A stretch of 64,000 nt of DNA. It comes from an uncultured Actinomycetes bacterium. GTDB taxonomy: Bacteria > Actinomycetota > UBA4738 > HRBIN12. Within the stretch, counting starts at the first letter, position 1. Each line of letters begins with the position of its first letter. A program made the translations under genes and the position numbers. Below are positions 57,880 to 64,000 of the stretch, in pieces. The notes below the pieces were generated by a model, which ran no database searches, was not told where the DNA came from, and saw nothing but the letters and a program-made list of their open reading frames with translations. The stretch is taken from the NCBI GenBank assembly GCA_963704725.1, contig OY969934.1, positions 1,632,001 to 1,696,000 on the forward strand, written 5' to 3'.

Positions 57880-58590
57880 ATGCTTGGCATGGACCGGATC
57901 CTCGAGCTGCAGGAGCTCGATACCTCGATCGGCCGGCTGACGCACCGGCGCGAGCTGCTCGAGGCGGGGGAGGAGCTGTCCGCCGTCCGCACGGAGGCGG
58001 AAGAGGCCGAGTCGCGCCTCGGGGAGATCCGGCTGGCGCTCGACGCCGTCGCCCGCGAGTCCACGCGCCTGGAACACGAGATCGAGACGGTCGGCGCCAA
58101 GGCCGCGGCCGAGGAAAAGCGCATGTACGACGGCAGCATCGCGAACGCCAAGGAGCTCGAAGCCCTCCAGCACGAGATCCAGAGCCTCAAGGAGCGGCGT
58201 GGCCGGGCCGAGGACGAGCTCCTCGACCGGATGGTGACTCGCGAGGACCTCGAGGCCAGGGCCGTGACGGCTGACGCCGAGCTCACCGCGATCCGCGAGC
58301 GGATGCAGGCGGTCGGCGGCGACGCGGTGCGCGAGCTCGAGGAGATCGAGGCCGGCTTGGCGGAGCAGCGGTCGGCTCGCGGCACGCTGGCCGCCGAGCT
58401 CGACGAGGAGCTCCTCGAGCTGTACGAGGACCTCCGGCGTCAGAAGAAAGGTGTCGGGGCCGCGGCGATCGTCGACGGCGTCTGCCAGGCGTGCCACGAG
58501 AAGCTGTCCGCGGTCGAGCTCGACAAGCTGAAGCACACCGACGGCGTCAAGAGGTGTGAGTACTGCCGGCGGATCGTCGTCTTCGCGTGA
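57880..58590 (+). CDS. Coiled-coil C4 zinc-ribbon protein (DUF164 / Rv2229c-like)
   Basis: LELQELD, long coiled coil, CQAC...CEYCRRI. Confidence 0.9.
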   Translation: MLGMDRILELQELDTSIGRLTHRRELLEAGEELSAVRTEAEEAESRLGEIRLALDAVARESTRLEHEIETVGAKAAAEEKRMYDGSIANAKELEALQHEIQSLKERRGRAEDELLDRMVTREDLEARAVTADAELTAIRERMQAVGGDAVRELEEIEAGLAEQRSARGTLAAELDEELLELYEDLRRQKKGVGAAAIVDGVCQACHEKLSAVELDKLKHTDGVKRCEYCRRIVVFA

Positions 58591-59054
58591 TCGTCGCGAC
58601 CGACGGGGCCGCGCGCGGCAACCCGGGGCCCGCCGGGATCGGCGCCGTCGTCACCGGTGAGGACGGGGAGGTCCTGGCGGAGATCGCGGAGGGCATCGGG
58701 GTGGCCACGAACAACGTGGCCGAGTACACGGCGGTGATCCGGGGGCTGGAGCGCGCGCGCGAGCTCGGGGCGTCGCAGGTGCTGGTCCGCTCGGACAGCC
58801 GGCTGATCGTGGAGCAGCTCTCGGGCCGCTTCAAGGTGAAGAACCCCACGCTGCAGCGGCTGCACACGCAGGCTCGGTCGCTCGCCGCCGGGTTCGATCG
58901 GATCCGGTTCGAGCACGTCCCGCGGGAGCGGAACACCGACGCGGACCGGCTGGCGAACGCCGGTGTCGACGCCTGGCTCGCCGGCGAGGGCGCGACGTGG
59001 TCCCGCCCGGCGCCCCCGTCTCGCCTGTGGGGGGGCGACGACGAGGGCCGCTGA
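58587..59054 (+). CDS. Ribonuclease HI family protein
   Basis: TDGAARGNPGPAG, TNNVAEY, SDSRL, VPRERNTDADRLAN. Confidence 0.93.
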   Translation: MIVATDGAARGNPGPAGIGAVVTGEDGEVLAEIAEGIGVATNNVAEYTAVIRGLERARELGASQVLVRSDSRLIVEQLSGRFKVKNPTLQRLHTQARSLAAGFDRIRFEHVPRERNTDADRLANAGVDAWLAGEGATWSRPAPPSRLWGGDDEGR

Positions 59055-59077
59055 CCGGCGAGCCTATACTCGGACGC

Positions 59078-59477
59078 GGAGGAGTCGGCCGGGCGGCCGC
59101 GGGCGGAAACGCTCGAGGAAAGTCCGGGCTCCGAAGGGCAGGGTGCTGGGTAACGCCCAGGCGGGGCGACCCGCGGAAAGCGCCACAGAGAACAGACCGC
59201 CGCGCGAGCGGTGAGGGTGAAACGGTGAGGTAAGAGCTCACCAGCGGACCGGGTGACCGGCCCGGCTCGGCAAGCCCCACCCGGAGCAAGGCCAAGCAGG
59301 GAGCGGTCGTCGGGCTCCGGCAGCGATGCCGCCCCGGCGAGAAGGACGGCCCGTCCGTGCTCCCGGGTCGGCCGCACGAGGGCGTCGGCCCCGGGGTCTC
59401 GTAAGGGACCCAGAGAGATGGTCGCCGGGCGGTCGCGAGACCGCCGCACAGAACCCGGCTTACAGGCCGGCTCCTCC
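59078..59477 (+). ncRNA. rnpB: RNase P RNA, class A
   Basis: GAGGAAAGTCCGGGCTC and ACAGAACCCGGCTTA universal motifs; P1 GGAGGAGTCGGCC/GGCCGGCTCCTCC; TATACT -10 at 59065-59070. Confidence 0.97.
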
Positions 59478-59485
59478 ACCTCGCG

Positions 59486-60385
59486 TCACGAGGCGGCCAG
59501 GATCTGCCAGCTCGGCGTGAACTCCTTGCCCTCGTCGCCCGTCAGCACGAGCTCCCCGGTCGCGTCGGCGTCGGCGGTGCACACGTTCATCGTCCGGTCG
59601 CGGATGCAGGTCCAGGCGATCCGCGTCCCGTCGGGCGACCAGACGGGGAAGACGTCGAGCCGCTCGTTGACCGTGAGCCGGGTCGGGCCGGAGCCGTCGG
59701 CGGCCATGACGAACAGCTCGTACTGGCGGTGGCCGCGAGTGCTGGCGAACAGGATCCGGGTCCCGTCGGGCGACCAGTCCGGATGCACGTCGGAAGCGCG
59801 GGACTCGGTGAGCCGCGTCAACACTCCGGTCGTCAGGTCCTTCACGTAGATGTCGAGGCTCCCGGCGCGGTCGGACATGAACAGCAGCTTCGTCCCGTCG
59901 GGTGAGTAGCTCCCGGACAGGTCGTCGCCCCGACGGTTCGTGAGGCGCTGCTCCACCCCGGTGACGACGTCGACGGTGTAGAGCTCGAAGTTCCCGTCCC
60001 GAAGGCTCGCGAGCACGATCGAGCCGCCGTCGGGGGCCCACGATTCCGGGAAGTCGGGGGCGTCGTTGAACGTGAGCTGCCGTACGTCGGAGCCGTCCGC
60101 GTTCATCAGGAACGCCTCGGGGTCTCCGTCGCGCAAGCTGGTGAAGGCGATGCGCGTCCCGTCGGGCGAGAAGCGGGCCTGGAAGTCGTCCGCCGGATCG
60201 TTCGTGAGCTGCGTCGGCTCCCCGCCGTCGGGGTCGATCGTGTACACGTCGAAGTCCCCGTCGGCGTTCGAGTCGAACGCGATGAGGCCGTTCGCCCCCG
60301 GGAACGTCGCCGACGCGGGGGTCGTCATCCCCGCCAAGAGACCGAGCACGAGGCCGGCGCGCGCCGGCCACCGGAACCACGCCAT
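59486..60385 (-). CDS. Secreted TolB-like PD40 beta-propeller protein
   Basis: Signal peptide ...PASA-TFPGANG; repeated (W/F/Y)SPDGTRIAF. Confidence 0.88.
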   Translation of the reverse strand: MAWFRWPARAGLVLGLLAGMTTPASATFPGANGLIAFDSNADGDFDVYTIDPDGGEPTQLTNDPADDFQARFSPDGTRIAFTSLRDGDPEAFLMNADGSDVRQLTFNDAPDFPESWAPDGGSIVLASLRDGNFELYTVDVVTGVEQRLTNRRGDDLSGSYSPDGTKLLFMSDRAGSLDIYVKDLTTGVLTRLTESRASDVHPDWSPDGTRILFASTRGHRQYELFVMAADGSGPTRLTVNERLDVFPVWSPDGTRIAWTCIRDRTMNVCTADADATGELVLTGDEGKEFTPSWQILAAS

Positions 60386-60453
60386 GAGAGCCCCCCTCCG
60401 CGGTCGGGGCCATCGTAGGCGCTCGCGGGGCCGGTGCGAAGCAGGAAGCCGGA

Positions 60454-61410
60454 TCAGCGGGCGAGGGCGGCGCCGGACTCGAGCGCCCGGCGGAGCTGCT
60501 TGCCGGCGTGATAGCTCGAGCGGACGAGCGGCCCCGCCTCGACGTGGGCGATCCCGAGCGACTCGCCGAGGCGCTTCCACTGCGCGAACTCGTCCGGGGC
60601 AACCCACCGGTCGACCGGGAGGTGGAAGGGCGTCGGCTGGAGGTACTGCCCCATCGTGAGGATCTCGGCACCCGAGCTCGCCACATCCTGGAGCGCCTGC
60701 GGGATCTCCTCCGGACGCTCGCCCATGCCGAGGATGAGGTTCGACTTGGTGACCTGACCGGCACGCAGGCGCTTCGCCGTCCGCAAGACGTCGAGCGTGC
60801 GGTCGTAGCCGAACGCCGGGCGGATCCGCTCGTGGAGGCGCCGAACCGTCTCCAGGTTGTGGGCGAACACGTCGGGCTCGGCCTCGACGACGGTGGCGAT
60901 GTCGCGCTCGCCCCCCTTGAAGTCGGTGGGCAGCACCTCGACGCCGCATCCCGGGACGGCCTCGCGCACGGCGCGGATCGTGGCCGCCCAGATCCGGGCG
61001 CCGCCGTCCTCCAGGTCGTCGCGGGCGACCCCGGTCACGACCACGAACCGCAGGCCCATGTCGCGAACGGCCTCGGCGACGCGGCGAGGCTCGTCCTCGT
61101 CCACGGGGTCGGGCTTGGCGGTCATGACGTCGCAGAAGCCGCACCGCCTCGTGCATCGGTCGCCGAGGATCAGGAACGTCGCCTCGCGCTCCTCCCAGCA
61201 CTCGCCGATGTTTGGGCACATCGCCTCCTCGCACACGGTGTGCAGGGAGCGCCCACGCATGATGCCCTTGAGCTCCGAGTAGTTCGGCCCGGTCTGCAGC
61301 TTCACCTTGAGCCACGGAGGCTTGCGATCGCCGTGGGGCGGTGCGCCGGCCGTCGAGACGATCGGCAGGTGGAGGCGGCGACGATGCGGGTTGTGGTCCC
61401 GGTCGGACAT
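60454..61410 (-). CDS. lipA: Lipoyl synthase
   Basis: [41 protein letters not shown]. Confidence 0.97.
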   Translation of the reverse strand: MSDRDHNPHRRRLHLPIVSTAGAPPHGDRKPPWLKVKLQTGPNYSELKGIMRGRSLHTVCEEAMCPNIGECWEEREATFLILGDRCTRRCGFCDVMTAKPDPVDEDEPRRVAEAVRDMGLRFVVVTGVARDDLEDGGARIWAATIRAVREAVPGCGVEVLPTDFKGGERDIATVVEAEPDVFAHNLETVRRLHERIRPAFGYDRTLDVLRTAKRLRAGQVTKSNLILGMGERPEEIPQALQDVASSGAEILTMGQYLQPTPFHLPVDRWVAPDEFAQWKRLGESLGIAHVEAGPLVRSSYHAGKQLRRALESGAALAR

Positions 61411-61420
61411 CCCGGGAAGT

Positions 61421-64000
61421 CTAGCCCGACCTCACCCCATCGACGGCCGGGCGGCCGCGTGCGAACGCTCGACGAGCGGATCCGCCGGTGTCCTCGGGGG
61501 GCTGACCGGGCAGGAACACGCGGAACGAGGCTCCCCCTCCCTCCCGCTCCTCGACCCAGGCGCGGCCGCCGTGCAGATCCGTGAACATCGCGACGAGCGA
61601 GAGCCCGATCCCCGTCCCGGGGGCATGGGGGGAGGCCGTCGGGCCCTGGCGGAAGGGTTCGAAGATCGCGGACTGCAGCTCCTCGGGCACACCGGGACCG
61701 TCGTCCTCGACGGCCAGGAACGCCCCGCCGCCACCGGCCCACACGCGGACGAAGATCGTGACGTCCGGACCCGTGTGCCGAACGGCGTTCATGACGAGGT
61801 TCTCCACGATCCGCTCCACCTTGGGTCCGTCCACGGGGACGACGACGGGCTCGGCCTCGACGGACACGAACCGGTCTCCGAGCTCCAGGGAGTCGACGGC
61901 CCCTCGGACGAGCGCGCCCACGTCGGTCGGCCGGAGCTGTGGCGTCACGTTCCCGCGCGAGAGTCGGTCGATGTCGAGCAGATCCTTCAGCAGCCGGTCG
62001 AGCTTGCGGGCGTTCTGCGCCACGCGCCGGGTGAGGTCGCGGCGATCCTCGGCGGAGAGCTGCTGCTGCTCGAGCGTGAGCGAGAGGCCGAGGATCGACG
62101 TCAGCGGACTGCGGAGCTCGTGTGAGACGGCGGCCAGGAACGTGTTCTTCATCTCGTCCAGGGCGCGAAGGCCCTCGGCGGCTTCGCGCTCGCGCCGCTC
62201 GCTGTCGCGGAGGGTCTGCTCCGCGAGCTTCCGCTCGGTGATGTCGAACATCACGCCCTGGACGAACAGCGGCGTGCCGTCCTCGTCGAGGACGAACGCG
62301 GTCTCGTCGTGCACCCAGGCCTCCCGGCCGTCCGGCGTCACGATGCGGTATTCGCCCTGCCACGACCGGCCCGCCTCGGCCGCCTCGAGGTAGCTCCGGC
62401 GCATCTCGTCGCGGAACTCGGGGGTCATCAGGTCGAGCCACAGGGCGGGCTCGTCGATGAAGCGCTGGGACGGCACGCCCATGATCTGCTGGATCTGCGG
62501 GCTCACGTAGACGGTCTTCATGGACTGGTCGGGGCGATCGACGTAGATCGCCGCGGGAACGTGCTCGACGATTGCCCGGTAGCGCGCCTCGGTCTCGCGA
62601 AGCTGCTCCTCGGCCTGCCGTCGCTCGGTGATGTCGAGCATCACCCCCTGCGAGAACAGGATGTTGCCCTCGGCATCGCGCACCACCGTCGCGTGGTCCG
62701 TGACCCACATCCAGCGTCCGTCCTTGGCCCGGAAGCGGTACTCGAGCACGAACGGGTCGCCGTCGCGGCCGTGCCGCTCGGCGGCGGCGAGCACCCGTTC
62801 GCGATCGTCGGGGTGGATGCCGTCGATCCACAGGTCGGGATCCGACGTCCACTCCCGCGGCATGTAGCCGAACAGGGCCTCGATCTGCGGGCTCACGTAC
62901 ATCTTCGTGTGCCGCTCGTCGACCGCGTCGACGTAGGTGACGGCCGGCATGCTCTCGACGAGCGAGCGGTACCGCTCCTCGGCCTCACGCAGGTGGTGCT
63001 CGGCCGTCTTCTGCGGCGTGATGTCGAACCGGATGCCCTGCCAGTACAGGGGGTTGCCGCCGTCGTCGCAGATCAGGGCGGCCTCGTCGTGGACCCAGAT
63101 CCACCGGCCGTCCCTGTGACGCTGCCGGTACTCGACGACGAACGGCTCGCCCGTGCGCTCGGCCCGCTCGTCGGCCTCCATGGCCCGGGCTCGATCGTCC
63201 TGATGGAGGGTCTGGAGCCAGCGCTCGTAGTCGGACTCGCCCCACTCCTGGACCGTGTAGCCGGTCAGCCGTTCGAGCTGCGGGCTCATGTATGTGAGCG
63301 GCGCGCCGGGACCGAGACCTTGGATGTAGGTCACGGCGGGGATCGTCTCGACGAGCTTGCGGTATCGGAGCTCGGCCTGGGTCCGAAGGGTCTCGGCCCG
63401 GGCCCGTCCGATGGCCGCCCCCAGGGTGTCGGCGGCGGCCTTCAGGGCGTCGACCTCCGGAGCCGGCCACTCGCGCTCGGTCTCGCAGTCGTCCAGCGCC
63501 AGGAACCCCCACCACTCGTCGCCCAGGAAGACCGGCACGAGGACGCGCGAGCGGACGCCGTCGTGCAGGGGCCCCGTCCGTTCCGCCGCGGGGAAGTCGC
63601 GGGTCCGACCCTGGAGCGTCCGTCCCGAGGAGAGGGCGGCCTGCCACCGGACGTGACCCTTGGCGTAGGGCGACGGCTCCTCGGCCTGCGGGAGCGGCAG
63701 GACGCCGTCGGCGACCCACTGGTGGCGCAGGCGCATCCCGACCTCGCCGCCCTCGAGGGTCTCGTTCTCGAACAGCGAGACCCGCCCGGACGCCGAAGCG
63801 CGACCGAGCCGTTCCAGGACCTCGGGCAGCACCGGCTGCCATTCATGGGCCTTGAGCAGTCGCTCGGCCGCGAACCCGGCCGCCTCGAGGACGGCGTCGC
63901 GCCGCGACAGCATCTCCTCGGCGATCTTGGCCTGCGTGACGTCGATGAGGACCCCCTGCCAGCGGTTGGGCGAACCGTCCTCGTGCCGCAGCAGGACGGC
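61421..64000 (-). CDS. Multi-PAS/GAF sensor histidine kinase, 5' end outside window
   Basis: GAF, three full PAS/PAC repeats plus a further PAC at the edge ([10 protein letters not shown]); [24 protein letters not shown]. Confidence 0.94.
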   Translation of the reverse strand, partial: AVLLRHEDGSPNRWQGVLIDVTQAKIAEEMLSRRDAVLEAAGFAAERLLKAHEWQPVLPEVLERLGRASASGRVSLFENETLEGGEVGMRLRHQWVADGVLPLPQAEEPSPYAKGHVRWQAALSSGRTLQGRTRDFPAAERTGPLHDGVRSRVLVPVFLGDEWWGFLALDDCETEREWPAPEVDALKAAADTLGAAIGRARAETLRTQAELRYRKLVETIPAVTYIQGLGPGAPLTYMSPQLERLTGYTVQEWGESDYERWLQTLHQDDRARAMEADERAERTGEPFVVEYRQRHRDGRWIWVHDEAALICDDGGNPLYWQGIRFDITPQKTAEHHLREAEERYRSLVESMPAVTYVDAVDERHTKMYVSPQIEALFGYMPREWTSDPDLWIDGIHPDDRERVLAAAERHGRDGDPFVLEYRFRAKDGRWMWVTDHATVVRDAEGNILFSQGVMLDITERRQAEEQLRETEARYRAIVEHVPAAIYVDRPDQSMKTVYVSPQIQQIMGVPSQRFIDEPALWLDLMTPEFRDEMRRSYLEAAEAGRSWQGEYRIVTPDGREAWVHDETAFVLDEDGTPLFVQGVMFDITERKLAEQTLRDSERREREAAEGLRALDEMKNTFLAAVSHELRSPLTSILGLSLTLEQQQLSAEDRRDLTRRVAQNARKLDRLLKDLLDIDRLSRGNVTPQLRPTDVGALVRGAVDSLELGDRFVSVEAEPVVVPVDGPKVERIVENLVMNAVRHTGPDVTIFVRVWAGGGGAFLAVEDDGPGVPEELQSAIFEPFRQGPTASPHAPGTGIGLSLVAMFTDLHGGRAWVEEREGGGASFRVFLPGQPPEDTGGSARRAFARGRPAVDGVRSG

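Overview
High-GC actinobacterial chromosomal window, with no CRISPR array, rRNA, prophage, integrase or IS seen. The core scaffold is rpoD (5'-truncated), tRNA-Asn, tRNA-Ile2(CAT), tRNA-Val, a zinc-ribbon gene, RNase HI, rnpB and lipA. Accessory content includes: a LAL (AAA-LuxR) regulator/DUF4242/secreted beta-propeller cassette; a complete Hen1-Pnkp RNA-repair operon; a 2.5-kb integrase-less islet at tRNA-Ile2 carrying a type IV AbiE toxin-antitoxin pair, bounded by a 30-bp att-like repeat; an arsR-arsC mini-operon; GH38, S8 protease and LacI/sugar-binding genes; a P1B-5 ATPase-hemerythrin fusion; lhr-nei-ggt; and an Rv2578c-type radical SAM gene with an upstream LexA-like box, interrupted by a LAGLIDADG intein inside its CxxxCxxC motif. 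The most unusual items are that intein placement, a LacI gene apparently starting at ATC, a pseudo-receiver/membrane/Pro-Ser-Thr-stalk protein beside a GPT-repeat protein and a STAS-like ORF, extra helices in the RNase P RNA, and pervasive TANNNT-N6-9-start (leaderless-type) promoters. All family calls come from motif recognition by eye; no searches were run.
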